From Hypanus sabinus (taxonomy: Eukaryota): a DNA stretch of 64,000 nt. Below, piece by piece: positions 1 to 13,109 of the stretch (its first letter is position 1; each line of letters starts with the position of its first letter). Location: positions 145,018,001 to 145,082,000 of the forward strand of contig NC_082715.1 in NCBI RefSeq assembly GCF_030144855.1, given 5' to 3'. The notes beneath the pieces were generated by a model that was given only the letters and a program-made list of their open reading frames with translations, had not been told where the DNA came from and did not search any database. Made by a program: the position numbers and the translations under genes.

Positions 1-3000
1 TCCGGTTGTAATTCAAATTGATTTAAATACCGAAAGGGGAAGGAGGGGTAGATGGCGAATGAATATTATGTTGTTAAAAGATTAGAATTCCAGTGATAAA
101 CTGGCTGAGGATCTGACTTCGTTTTTTGAATTGAACGCAGGGAGCACAGTAAAGCTGTCCTCGGTATGGGAGGAATCCACAGCGTATAAAAGAGGAAAAC
201 TAACAGCACAAGCATCTAAAAAGAAGAAAGAACGCATGGAGTAAATAAAAAATCTGGAGGCAGACATAACCACATTGGAAAAGGTCTTATCAAGACAATA
301 TACCGACGACCCACACAAAGATCTGTGAAATTTCAAATTCCAGTTAAATAACATATATAACAAAGAAGCAGAATATGTATTATTTAGATTAAAAACAAGT
401 TTCTATGATGGTGGTGACAAAGCTGGTAAGCTGCTGGCAGGATACTTAAAGCAGCAGAAGACGAATAGTGCTATACCTGTAATTAAGGAAGGGGACACAT
501 TAGTGTCATCATCTAAAGAAATAAATGAAGTCACTCAACAGTTCTATCAACATATATATGCATCACCGTTTAATCATGACCAGGAGGAGCTGAATCAGTT
601 TATCGCTAACATAAAATTGTCTACATTATCCCCACAACAAGCTGAGTCCTTGGATGTCCCAATTACTGAGGATGAGGTCGGACGGGCTATTGCAGCTATA
701 AATGTGGGGAAATCTGCAGTTATGGATGGCTTCCTAGTTGAATATTATAAGAAATTTCTGGACACCATTGGCTCCTATTCTAACAAAAATCTATTCAGAA
801 GCATTTAATTTGGAATCTTCGCCTAAAACATTTAATGAAGCATTAATATCGTTGATCCCGAGAAAAGATTGTGATGCAATCGATCCTTCCAATTATATGT
901 CTATAAGCTTAATTAATGTGGACTGTAAGATACTGAATAAAATACTGGTTTCGCGATTAGAGAAAGTATTGCCGTCGATAAATAACTCTGACCAGGTTGG
1001 CTTCATTAAAGGCAGATCCCCAGCTGACAATTTAAGGAGATTACCGCACTTAATATGGCTGAACTCCCCAAGTAGTATCCCAGTTACTGCCATCTCCCTG
1101 GACGCTGAAAAGGCCTTTGACAGAGTTGAGTGGAGATTTTTAACCACAGCCTTGTCATTCCTTGGGTTTGACTCTATCATTAAATCATGGTTTATAATTT
1201 TGTATAAAAACCCTCAGGCTGCAGTTATTACAAATAGTACCATATCCCCATTTTTCAACATTTTACGGGGTACACGCCAAGGATACCCCTTCTCGCCACT
1301 GTTTTTTGGAACAGTTGGAGGTCGTGATTAGAGCAGTTCCAGATATTAGAGAGGTGAAGGGAGGCGGAAAGGAGCAAAAGTTGATGCTATATGCTGGCGA
1401 TATTTTATTACAGATTAGTGACCCTCCTAATTTCTTCCCCCCACTAATGAAAACAATTCAAATATATTCTGAAGTGTCTATTTATAAAATCAACTGTAGT
1501 ACATCTGAGGCTATGCCAATGTCAAAACTGTGTTATTCAAATTCAGTATCTCAGTTTAATTTTAGATGTGTGCCAGTTGGAATGAAGTATCTAGCGGTCA
1601 AACTCAGTCAGAATTTGGATGAAAAAATTACTTTAAATTATGATCCATTATTGAGTAAAGTAAGAAATAATCTGGATGAGTGGGGGGCCACTGCGACTGT
1701 CACACTGGGGTAAAGTCAATGTAGTTAAAATGGTCATAGGACTTCAGTTTAACTATCTTTCTATGATGTTTCCTTTAAATATTTCAGATATGATCTACAA
1801 CCAATACGACAAAATTATTAGGGACTTTCTATGGGATAAGAAGAAGCCCTGAATTAACATTAGTAAGATGTGTATGTCCAGTGACATGGGTGGGCTCAGT
1901 CGACCAGCCGTCAGGGCATATAAATTATCCTTTGAAATGACCAAGTTAGCTAAACACTGGGACAGGGCAGATGTTGATTTAGATTAGTTAGTTATAGAAC
2001 GAAGCTTGGCTGCACCTCATTCTCCCCTTAACATACTCTCACAACATGTGGAAAACAAGACTAATCTAAATCCTATCCTATTTAACTCAAGGAGTGTGTG
2101 GAGTACAATTCATAAATTTTGTAAAATGTCACATTTAAATCAGTTATACTCCTCGCTCTGGAATGACCCTGTGAAACGCATTGGGAAAAGAATGGTGTAC
2201 TGGAAAGAATGGAAGATTAAAGGTGTGAATACAGTAGGTGATCTCTGTGAGAATAAGATTTTTATGTTGTATGTGGATTTGCAGAGGAAATATAACTTTG
2301 TAGATAAAGGGCGTTTCTGGAAGTATTTACAAATAAGACATTGCGTTAGTCGCATATTCATGAATGGTGGCCCACAAAGTAACCCTTTAAGTGAATACAT
2401 TACCACAGGAAGTTCATAAAGCCTCAATCAGTGTGTTATAAAATGTTCAATCACTCTGAGGGTGAACCGTGTAACAATCTCAAAGCAGTATTGCAGAAGA
2501 ATCTTGGAAGTGATATTGAAGATAATGAGTGGTCAAATATTTTATCAAATGTGGGTATACCTATTAGGGGAGAGAGAGGGAAATGTATTCGGTATAAGAT
2601 TGTACACAGATATTATTGAACACCAACTAGACTCTACAAAATGGGGATTGTTGATAATCATTTATACTGGAAGTGTAAAATTGAGGTGAGCACATATTTT
2701 CACATGGTTTTGAGCGTTCCATGGTTCGTCCATTTTGGTGTAAAGTTCTTGATTTGTTGGGGAATTGGTCGGATCCTAGACTGGCCTTGTTCCCACGGCC
2801 TTGTCTCCCGGGTGATAGGAGAATGATACCTAATGTAAACAATGACAAATTTACTATTTTCAAGGCGCGTCTCATCACAGCTGCAAGAATTATATTACAA
2901 ACTGGAAGAAAACCCAGATGTCCCACTGTGAGGGAACGGACTGAGGAAGGGATTAAGATTTCATCATATGAACACATGTTGGGAAGAATTAACAGTGAGG

Positions 3001-3191
3001 GAAAAGTGCAAGACGCGTGGGATCAATTTTGGTTGCATGTTGATTTAAACTTAAATTAGAAAGTTTTTTTCTGTTTCTTAGTTTTATATGTTTTCCGGTC
3101 ATGGGATGGCTGTGTAAATATTCTGTACTGCATCTGCTCTATGATATGCTGTGTTGCTTTGTAAACTAAGAATAAATAATAATTTGAATTA
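1..3191 (+). mobile_element. L1-clade LINE copy A (5' part outside window), ORF2 disrupted
   Basis: RT motifs LDAEKAFDRVEW, RGTRQGYP and KYLAV in frameshifted ORFs 503-3059; AATAAA and A-rich 3' end near 3170-3205. Confidence 0.9.
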
Positions 3192-3944
3192 TAAAACAAC
3201 ATAAATAAATCAACCTAAGACCAGCGGTGATTATTGAGTCTCACTGAAACACTGCAAAGGAGAAAATTCCGCTGTAATTCTGAAACATGTTCCATCGATA
3301 TTCCAAGTATCATGTTTCACTGCAGCACTCCCTTCATTCTCGCCACTCTGTGTGAAATGCCAAACAGTTGCATTGTCTGTCTACCATCACAGGCCCTTCA
3401 TCTCATCCGTGCAGCCAACACTTTAAATGCATTTTGGTAATTAATCCTCACGGCGTTTTACATTGATGTTATAAGCGTATAACATGCAACACGGGAATGT
3501 TTTTACTCCACCAGTTTAACACAATATTCTGTGAATTGTATTGATGATACTTTCCGCTTCGGAGACAAGGGTGCAACATAGCAGAAACATGAGGGTGAAT
3601 TTCCGAGTTATATTTGGTAAATAACAAGTGGATACGCCTCAGAGACTCGACTCAAATTCCTTCTCAGCTTTCCTTATAACATTTCTGTATTCTCGCAATA
3701 ATCAATTCGTTGTAAGCTAATCTTATTGTTCGTCTGTTGTCAGTTAATCGCTTCGTATTTCTGGTCAGATGCAATCCTTCTCCTGTGAGATATTCCCGCC
3801 TATGGCAACCTCAAGCCCACAGTACTTCAGCTGCTTCGCCCCATTTTGATTTATGTTCGTTTATGTTCCCCCGATGCATTTGTATGTGGGGGGTGGAGTT
3901 TGGGTCAGTGACAGTGAAACTGTGAATCGGTCATAAATTGGTAA

Positions 3945-4606
3945 ATTTTCAAATTGCTTAAATGTTGTCACATGTACCGAGGTGCAGAGAACAAACTGTT
4001 TTTCATGCAGATCAGTTCATCAGTGCATTGAGACAGAACACACGAGCAGAATGAAGTGTTAAAGTTACAGGGAAAGTGCAGGACAGTTAGGCAGAAAGGT
4101 TGAAGGGCATAACGACATAGATTGTCAGGCCAAGAGTCTATCTGATCACAGTAGGGAAACATTTAGTGGTCACGTAACACCGAGACAGACGCTGTCTTTG
4201 AGCATGGTGGTCTGTGCCTTTAAGGCTTTTGGATCTTCTGCCCGGTGGGATGGGGGAGGAGAGAGAATGTCCGTGACGGATGAGGTCTTTGCCTATATTG
4301 GCTGTTTTGCCGAGGCAGCGACAATGTACACAGAACCCATGGAGGGGAGTTGGCTTCCGTGATGTGCTGAGCTCAATGCGCAACTCTCTTTAGTTTATTT
4401 CAATTACCAGCAGAGCAGACACCAGACCCAGCCGTGATGCATCCAGACAGAATTCATCGATAAAAATTGTTGAGTCAAAGTTAGAGCGCTAGTGAGCGCT
4501 CTTTGCCGTGATATCTACGTGGTTGGCCCAGGATAGGTTGTTGGTGGCGTCCACTACACTGAACTTGAAATTCTCAACACTCTCGACCCCAGCATCGTTT
4601 ACATAG
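3945..4606 (-). mobile_element. Rex1/Babar-type LINE 3' remnant abutting the promoter
   Basis: ORF 4138-4383 HGHSLSSPIPPGRRSKSLK...CFPTVIR resembles the Rex1 ORF C-terminus; paralogs give ENFKFSGVDVTNNLSWSNH. Confidence 0.7.
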
Positions 4607-4608
4607 TT

Positions 4609-4691
4609 GCCCCGCCCATTTCCTGAAATCAAGATCCAATTCATTCGGGAGTAGAGATTTACATGAATATATATATTTCAGTGATTTGCAG
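4609..4691 (+). promoter_or_regulatory. IgL cluster 1 promoter
   Basis: GC box 4609-4617, CCAAT 4636-4640, octamer-like ATTTACAT 4657-4664 (125 nt before ATG), TATA-like 4668-4676, ATTTGCAG 4684-4691; layout conserved in clusters 2 and 4. Confidence 0.65.
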
Positions 4692-4781
4692 TCTTCCACA
4701 GTTCTTAAGGAGCAGCTTCGAAAGCACTGAACAGGACTTGTGTCCGAAAGCCTTTGACTTCTGATTCTTATCAGCTTCACC

Positions 4782-4830
4782 ATGGCTAAATGTGTCCTGG
4801 TTCTTGCCGCGCTTGTGTCCTGTTTGTTCA
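4782..4830 (+). CDS. IGL: Ig lambda (type II) leader exon, cluster 1 ([16 protein letters not shown])
   Basis: CACCATGG start, hydrophobic peptide, GTAAGT donor at 4831, 88-nt phase-1 intron to AG at 4918. Confidence 0.93.
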
Positions 4831-4918
4831 GTAAGTAGAATACTTAATCCTTTATACTGTCCTTTATGTTATCTTTTTTACCTAAGGGTTTTAAATAATT
4901 GTTTGTTATTTTCGCCAG

Positions 4919-5269
4919 CTGCAAACGCGGTGATAACTTTGACTCCTCAGTCTCCGTCCGTATCGTCATCTCCGGGTAGAACCGTGAAAATCACTTGTAC
5001 CATGTCAGGGGACAGCATCGACAGCTACTACACGAGCTGGTACATGCAGAAACCCGGCAGCGCCCCAGTTTTTGTGTGGTATGAAAGCTCCACGAGAGGA
5101 TCGGGAATTCCAGATCGATTCACCGGTTCCGTAGACTCATCGCACAACCAAATGCATTTAACCATTACCAGCGTGCAATGGCAGGACGCCGCCGATTATT
5201 ACTGTGGTGTCTGGGACGACAGCAACGACATATTCATCTTTGGGACAGAAACCAAACTGAATTTCAACA
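4919..5269 (+). CDS. IGL: Germline-joined VJ exon, Ig lambda/type II, cluster 1
   Basis: V-set motifs ITCTMSG, WYMQKPG, DYYC run continuously into the J segment ([10 protein letters not shown]), then a GTAAGT donor at 5270; no RSS. Resembles elasmobranch type II V. Confidence 0.95.
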
Positions 5270-6294
5270 GTAAGTAAATAATTGTTGGGGTCTAATCACC
5301 TTTTGATTTTGTTTGGGTTTTTTTTTTGTTTGACCCTTGGAATAATATTATCAATCCTAATGCTTCGATCTGATTTACAGTCAGCCTCTCATTAGTTTTC
5401 CAATACCGCAGGCAGAAAACTAACACATATGCATCCTGTTTGCTTGGTAGTTACTTAATTTAGCTGAAAAGTATCTTCAAAACAATCTGAGTTCATTGCC
5501 ATGACATTTTTAAAATAGCTTCGTGAATAAATGCTTCGTGCTGCTAGCAAGTGTTTCTTAAAAGTTTCCCAGGGAACAAATGTATTAAAATATATTCCCA
5601 GCATGAGCTTTTGCACTAGACAACCGAGTTGTAGTCGAGTTTAGAGCCCGGAAGTTACTATATAAATGATCCGAATACCAATCGTCTGGAATAATTTCTG
5701 TTAGTTTTTTATAATTTATTTCTGCTAGTATTACTTTAGTTTGTGTGTATTGTGTTGTGCACCTTGGTCTCCTAAAGCGTTGTTATGTTTGACCGTATAC
5801 ATCTTCACAGTTGACTGACGATAGAATTTATTCTGAACCTGAAGCTTAATGGGGGCAAGAGCCGAGCTGTGAATGTTACCGAATTACGATAGAGAACTTC
5901 TATTTCATTAAGACAGTAAAACCTAGGAACAGAATTCGACCCCATGAATCTGCTGCGTCATTTGATCATCGCTGGTATATTTTTCTCTCAAGCTCATTCC
6001 CCTGACCTCTCTCCATAACCTTTGAAGCCGTTGCTAATCAAGAGACTATAAACACAGTTTTAAATTTCCCCAAAATTTCTCCGCAGCATCCTTTGGGAAT
6101 AAATTCTACAGATTTACCACTTTACGGATAAATCAAATTCTCCTCATCTCTGCTCTAAAGGGCTATCGTTATATTCAAACGATTTTCTCTCAGTTTTAGC
6201 CTCTCACACTGTAGGGAGCATTCTCCCACTTCCACTCAATCTAGCTCTTTCAGTATTCGGTAGGTTAAAATGAGACTTCATCCTCCCCCCGCAC

Positions 6295-7260
6295 CACCCC
6301 CCCCCCCCGCCACCTTTCTTCTGAAATCCAGCGTGTACAAGCCCAGGACCATCAAATGATCCTTATACTTTAACTCTTTCATTGTCAGGATTTTTTCTTT
6401 CGTCCCTCTCCAATGCCAGCACGCACATCTTTTCTGAGATATTTGGCCCAAAACTGCTTACAATGGTCTACATCTTCTCTGGCTATTGTCTTTTAAAACA
6501 TTAGAAATTAATCTTTTCTTTTATAGACTGCTCATCTCGAAATAAATACTAAGCTTGGTATTGCCTGCAGGTTAACATTTTGGGAACCCTGCAGGATGAC
6601 TTTCAGGTCTCCTTGTACCTCTGACTTCTTAATTCGGTCCCCATTTAGGAGTCTGTGCCTTTATTCCTTCTACCATCGTCCACGACCATACAATTTGCTA
6701 CACTAAACTCCATCTGTCAATTCTTTGTCCGTTCACCTGATCCGTCAAGATCATTCCGCAGACTCCTACTGCCTCAACACTGTCTACTCCTCCACCTGTC
6801 TTTGCATCATCCGCAAACCTGGCCACAAATCCATACATCCCGTCGTTCAGATCATTACCTTCCAGCATGAAACGTAGCAGACTCAACACCGATCCTTGCA
6901 GAACACCACTAGTCACCGGTAGCCAACCAGAACAGATTATCCTCATGCTTTTCTCCTGCCAGTCAGCAAATGCTCCGTCTATCCCTGTGATAGCTTATGC
7001 TCTTATCGTGTTAAGCAGCCTGATGTGTGACACTTTGTCAATGGTCTTCTGAAAATCCAATAACATCCACTGATTCGTATTTGTATATCCTACCTCGTAT
7101 TTTCTCAAGGAATCTCAGCAGATTTGTCAACTAAATTACCCCTTAAGGGAACCATGCTGATCACGGCTTATTTTAACGGATGCTACCAAGTACCTAGAAA
7201 TTTCCTCCTTACTAATGGATTCTAGCAATCTCAATGTGTTTATATTTCGAATAAACATCA
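6295..7260 (-). mobile_element. CR1 LINE RT remnant in the J-C intron
   Basis: ORF 6698-6946 GVLQGSVL...FADDAKTGG. Confidence 0.8.
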
Positions 7261-8893
7261 GTATGTTTACTAAGAAATTAATAGACCAATTGGCCCATAA
7301 TTTCTTGCATTTTGCATCTCTCTCTTCTCAGAGTGTGGAGTAATATTTGTGATTTTCCAGTACACCGGACCCATTGGCCCATTCTTGAAAGCTCGTTACT
7401 AATGCCTGTCTAATCTATCCAGCTACCGCCTTCAGAATCCTGGAGTGTAGTCCATCTAGTTTGTCGACTTATCTAACCTCAGATCTTTCAGCCTCCCAAG
7501 CTCCTTCTCCCTTGTCATAGCAACTACTATCACTTATGTTTAACTTCCATTTTGGCCTAATTTCGATCTTTGTTTGCTCAACTTGATCTTTTCACGTTAC
7601 TTGCGCTCCTCTTGTTCTATACCTATTAACCGGAAGTCATCAAGATTCTGGTGCTCAGTTCAAACTTCTACCCAATTTGCCTTCAGCAAGACGCCACCCC
7701 AAAGCCCACCTCGGCCTCACCAGTGTGTTTGAACTTCTGCGCCGTCTCCGTGTAAATGTCTCAGGTTTGATATCAAATTATCACTCAGCCCACCTGTTTT
7801 GTTTACATTTCAAACTCCCCGGTTCTGCATGGCCACTGGATATCTTATATTTGGATACTTGATCATTACTGTACTAAGTGATTTTTCCTTGAATAACAAC
7901 TCTGAGGTGTGAAACACTGGAAAATCGCTCCTTAGCATTTCGGACTTTTCGCTGCGTTTTCCTCCGAGATACTACCGTAAAACAATTTCTTTGTAAATTC
8001 AGTTCTGTAGTCTTGATATCTTATTGTGTGAATGGGTTCGACTTTTCAAATCATTGAAAAAAAATGATGATGAATACTTTGACTCAGATGTCCACATCTT
8101 CTGGATTTCATAAACATCTGAGAATTGTTATCGGGTTTTCCTTCAGTGTGTATCACCCCGGTCCAAACAACACTTTCGGAATTAATTGTTGGACTAAAAA
8201 CTAAAATATCCAAGTATAAAACTTTAACTGCCATTATTTATTCCCATTACAATATTTCCATGATTTTTAGCCATTCACAATTCTCCTTTACTGCGGCGAA
8301 TTCTGGCATCTCCGAGAGGAGACAAAGGCACAGTATGTCAATCAAATCCACCGCCATCTCTCTTGCTTTTTACGTGAATAGCTGCGACGACATTTCGGAG
8401 TTTTGCCACGTGCTTTGCCATATCTCTTTCGGGGTTTCTTACTGGTTCTGTGATTCATGTCTTTACGATTTAACACCATGGACCATGGCAAAAATCTGTC
8501 ACGATATTAACTATAGCACAGTTACATCAGATTGGATCGGTGTATCATGGGATATATAAAGTATATCTTACGTATATTAGAGAATATTTCACGAATAGAG
8601 GTTTCTGTCAGCGAAGCTTCTCCAGTCGGGTTTTCTTTTGCCATTCCATCGAAATTTGTTATTTTATTGCTTTGAATTTTGCTGTTATGAGAAATCCTCT
8701 CTTTCCTTTACTTTGGAGTTATTTCTAATGTTCATGATGTATATTGCCTTTATTGCGTTTGTGGAAGATCAAAACGCCCAGGTTCTCATGCGTTCTGACT
8801 TTTATGGTTGTAAAATCGTTGAAAGAAGGCAAAGATTGATTCCAATTTATAACAATTAATAACTAATTTCCCTGCACTTCTTTCTCTCTACAG

Positions 8894-9216
8894 GTCCGCG
8901 AAAACCCGCCGTATCCGTCCTTCGACCGTCTGCGGAAGAAATTCGGGGACAGGGCACCGCCACCCTGGTGTGTTTAGTGAGCGGGTTTAATCCGGCCGCT
9001 GTGAATATCGAGTGGACTGTGGACGGCAGTACGAGAAGGAATGGCGTTGAGACCAGCCGGATCCAGCAGGACGCCGACAACACGTTCAGTGCGAGCAGTT
9101 ACCTGACTCTGCCAGCCTCAGACTGGAACTCACACGAGCGTTACTCCTGCGTGGTTAAACACGAGTCTCAGGCAACCCCATTTCAAACAAACATCGCGCG
9201 ATCCAGCTGTCTGTAA
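8894..9216 (+). CDS. IGL: Ig lambda constant exon, cluster 1 (SPRKPAVSV...ARSSCL)
   Basis: Polypyrimidine CAG acceptor at 8893 in phase with J; C1-set motifs TLVCLVSGFNP, EW, YSCVVKH; penultimate Cys. Spliced CDS is 723 nt (240 aa). Confidence 0.95.
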
Positions 9217-9245
9217 TACAATATGTTTAGACGCTGTTTCTTTAA

Positions 9246-9251
9246 AATAAA
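9246..9251 (+). terminator. Polyadenylation signal, cluster 1
   Basis: AATAAA about 30 nt after the stop, conserved in all three C copies. Confidence 0.7.
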
Positions 9252-9731
9252 ACAAATGAATTTCATGTACTGATGTTAAACTTTCGATTGTAGCTGACAC
9301 ATTTTTCAACCCGGAGAAAATAAACATTTAAATTAATATCATGCATGTAATATTATCCCAAAGTAATTAAAATCTACCCGATCTACTGCGTCCGTTTTGC
9401 CTTGATCAATATGTCCGACAACAGCATAATTTTTCAAAAGCTTGCAAAGATAGTGAAGATGATCAAACTTTGACATTCGAGGAAGTAAAATAGACAACGT
9501 CGCTTAAACGTTGTACTAGCTATTCGGTAGGTTTTCCTACTGAAGAAATCGTATTCACTATGGCTACATCAGGATAAGTGGTGTAATTACTTGTCAGCGA
9601 AATTTACATACACAGTAAAAGAAATCCTGATACTGCCTTTATTTGAACATCGTCGGCATGTTCGATTTCCAGTTTTAGCGTTGTATTCTTCATGGAAATG
9701 GTTTTTCTACAGCTGGTTATAGTCAGGGAGA

Positions 9732-11900
9732 ACTCGATCCCTGACTAATGAAGGCTACATGCCTTCTAAGCAACTCTATTGACGCGCAGCAATTTTTGAG
9801 AGATCTATGGGTGTGGACCCCAGGATTTCTTTCTCATCTACACTGCTAAGGATCTACTCTTTAACCTTTGATTTGGCTTTTCCAAATTCCATTCTTTCAC
9901 ATTCTTCCGCATTAAAAACCATCTACGGCAATCTTATCCACAGCACCAACAGCCTTCTGTCAACTATCCCATCGCTCTTTATATAGACCATAGCTGTCCG
10001 TACCCTCCCATTCATATTCTTTTAATATTTAAAACATTTTAAATATTGAACTCGAACTGCATGCACTATTTCCACGGCAACTCCCTCCACACTCTCACTA
10101 CTCTCTGTGATGAAGCTCCTCCTCACGTTCCCCCTAAACATTTCACCTTTCACCCTCAGCCCATGACCTTTAATTCTAGTCTTACCCAACCCGAGTGTGA
10201 AAAGCATGCTTACATTTACCCTATCTATTCCCCACATCATTCTGTACATCTCTATTCAATCTCCCTTCATTCTCCTATGCTCCAAGTAAGAAAGTGCTAA
10301 CCTCTTCAACCTTTCCACATAATTTACGTCCTCAAGTCGAGAAATTATCTTTATAAATTTCCTCGGTACTCTTTCAATTTTGTTGACATCTTCGCTGAAA
10401 GTAGGAAGGAGTCCAGAGCAGCACACAATATAGGAAAGCCTTATTAACATCCAGGTACGTCATATACACCACTCTACTTTTATCAATTTCTTTAGTCATT
10501 CTCTCGAGAAAGTTTTCGTGAGACATGAAATGCCCCTCAAAAAGCTGTAGTCTATGTGATCAGACTATGCTTCCCCAACTGCTCATAAGTCCTGCTTTTA
10601 ATAATCACTTCCAAAGTTTGACCACCACTGACATACAGCTCTGGTCTATAATTCCCAGGATTATCCCTAATCCCTTTCTTCAAGAAAGTAATAGCATTTG
10701 AGACCCTCCAACCTTCTGCTACTCCTCCTGTGTCTAATGACGGTGCAAAGATTATCACCAAGAAGGATCATTCACTTCCCTCTCTTCCCGTAGTAAACAG
10801 GGTATACCCCATTGGGCCTCAGAGCCTTATGTGTTTTTTTTTCAAACGTTCGACAATGCCCTATTACTTAACGTCACATGTTCTAGCATGTCAGCCTGTT
10901 TTAGGCTGTCCACACACAAGTCAAGATCCCTCTCAGCGGTGAACACTGAAGACATTAATTCATTAATTCATTAAGGAACTCCCCTAACTCCTCCGACTAG
11001 TTCCTCTTCTTTTACTCACTCTAGTCATCCGTCTGTTCTTCACCTACGTGTAGAACGTCTTGGGGTTTTCCTTAATCATACTCGCCAAGCTCTTCTTATT
11101 CCCCCCTTCTAGCTCTCATAAATTCATTATTCAGCTCCTTCCTGGCTGCATCGTAACCCTCAAGAGTTATGTCTAATCTCTCCTTCAAAAACCTTTAGTG
11201 AACTTTTTTTAATCCTCTTGTTGGGATGCTTCACATCTCTTGTCAACCATGCCCCTTTCTCCCTACCATCCATGTTCATTTGGGAGAACCTTACCCAGCA
11301 CCCCATTAGCGTTCCCTACACAACTTCCACATTTCCTTGTTTATTTCCCTGGTAATATTAGTTCCCAATTTCTGCTCACAAGCTCATGTCTAATAGCATT
11401 ATAATTCCCTCTCCTTCAAAACCAGCTGCTCTTATCCCTCTCCAAGGTTATGGTAAATTAGGGAGTTGTGATTACCCACGAGCAACCAGACACCTGGCCT
11501 GTTCCATTGGCTAGCGCCAGATCCAGTAAGGCCTCTCCTCTAGTTGGCCTGTCCACATATTCAGGAATCCTTCATTAACAGACCTAACAAATTCTGCCCT
11601 GTCTAAATCTTTAGGGAAGAGCGTGTTTTTGCAGCTGTCCAAAATCGACCTGCCGACCTACTCCTCGAAGTTCCTGTTGGGAGGTGTGCGCTGTACAATA
11701 CTCCCATTAGAGTGACTGCAACTCCTCCTATTTCTGAATTCCACCCACGGAGACTCAAAAAACGATCTCTCCACGACATCCTCGCATTCTGTAGCTGCGA
11801 TACTCTCCCTGATTGGCAATACCACTCCTCGATCTCCTTTACCTCCCTCCCTGACGCTTTTCGGAATATCTAAACCCGCGAACATCTGGCAGCTTTTACT
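9732..11900 (-). mobile_element. Mosaic of decayed CR1 fragments
   Basis: ORFs 10022-10450, 10552-10761 and 11658-11984 carry CR1 motifs (HGLRVKGEMFR, NPGNYRP, ESPWVEFRN). Confidence 0.8.
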
Positions 11901-12509
11901 GCCTTTGTGACAACCATATTTTGCATTATATATTGGATCGTTTGAATGAGATCGTTTCCTCCAAGAATAAAAAGGCAAATACATGTTATCATCGTTTTTA
12001 CCTCATGGCTTTCCAATGTCTTTCTTGTTTTTTGAGCAACGCATGCACACGTGACACCCAGGTGCGCGCATATTGGTTCATAGAGACACAGGCCGTCGTT
12101 TGATTAAGTCTTGGAATGCGCAGTATTTCTACGTTTTAGCAGACGAAGAATCTCACGTTGTAATTTCTTTGGATTTGTCATTTCCGTGCACTTCCGCACT
12201 GAAACATTGAGAAGAGTCATATCAATAGCTAACTTGGAAAATAAACCTTTATGGTACAGGTATAATGTCTTCCCTGATCTGGATTGTTATTTATTACTCG
12301 ATCTCATTGCTTAATTGTTCGTTCACAGTTGATGTTGATTGATCGTTTCGGCGTTGTTAAGCCATTACCTGCAGTCATCAGATCGGCCATTATATCGTAT
12401 CATATAATCGTTCGTATATTCGTTGAAAGCATTTGTTCGAAGTCGAAGGAATTTTAATCAATATTTGAATCTGCCTTGAATAATAGGTGATAACATGTTG
12501 ACATGAATA

Positions 12510-13060
12510 AAAAATTGATTGGCTGACAAAAAACGATGTGCTGACGTTAATGGTCGAGTCTCTGGAATGATATATCTCAGAATCTGTGAACCAATTCAGG
12601 TCCTTCCAATTCGCCGATGACAAAAAGACAAATAGGTAATTACATTGTGAAGAGAAATTTAAAAAGCTGGGAAGGCATATTGATAACCTAAGTGCTTGAG
12701 ATTGTAACCTTCCAAGTTAAAGAAGCGTAAGGGCATTTAGATCACGATAGCATGTAATTCACAAAACGCTATTATTCAGGTGAAAGTAACTAAAAAGGCT
12801 GGGAACATGTTAAGGGAATTAAGTGCAAAATTTGGGGATGTTATGCTTTAGTGACGGGGCAATAAAGAACCAAATGTGGGCTTGAGTACTGCATTCTTCT
12901 TACTTAAGAAATTATGTAAATGTGTTAGACGTTCAGAGGAAGCTAACAAGAACGACTTCATTGGTGGTTCGTTATCCTAAGAGAAACTATTGTATAGGCT
13001 TGACTTCTATTTACTGGAGTTTATCAGAGTTATAGGACTTGACTAAAATCTAGTAGTCCT
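12510..13060 (+). mobile_element. Old CR1 RT remnant (paralog near 33000-33510)
   Basis: In-frame TTCGCCGATGACAAAAAG (FADDKK) near 12610 and downstream CR1-like residues. Confidence 0.55.
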
Positions 13061-13109
13061 TAATAACAATACGTATGCTTTATAAGCCTTGTAGTCTGAA
13101 GCTCTACGG

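Noticed and set aside
4792-5277. ORF-track 161-aa ORF (and 23741-24214) as the real N-terminus
   Set aside because: Reads through the leader intron; the true start is the upstream ATG with phase-1 splicing.
8329-8370. CACAGTA heptamer-like motif in the J-C intron
   Set aside because: No nonamer, and not conserved in clusters 2 and 3.
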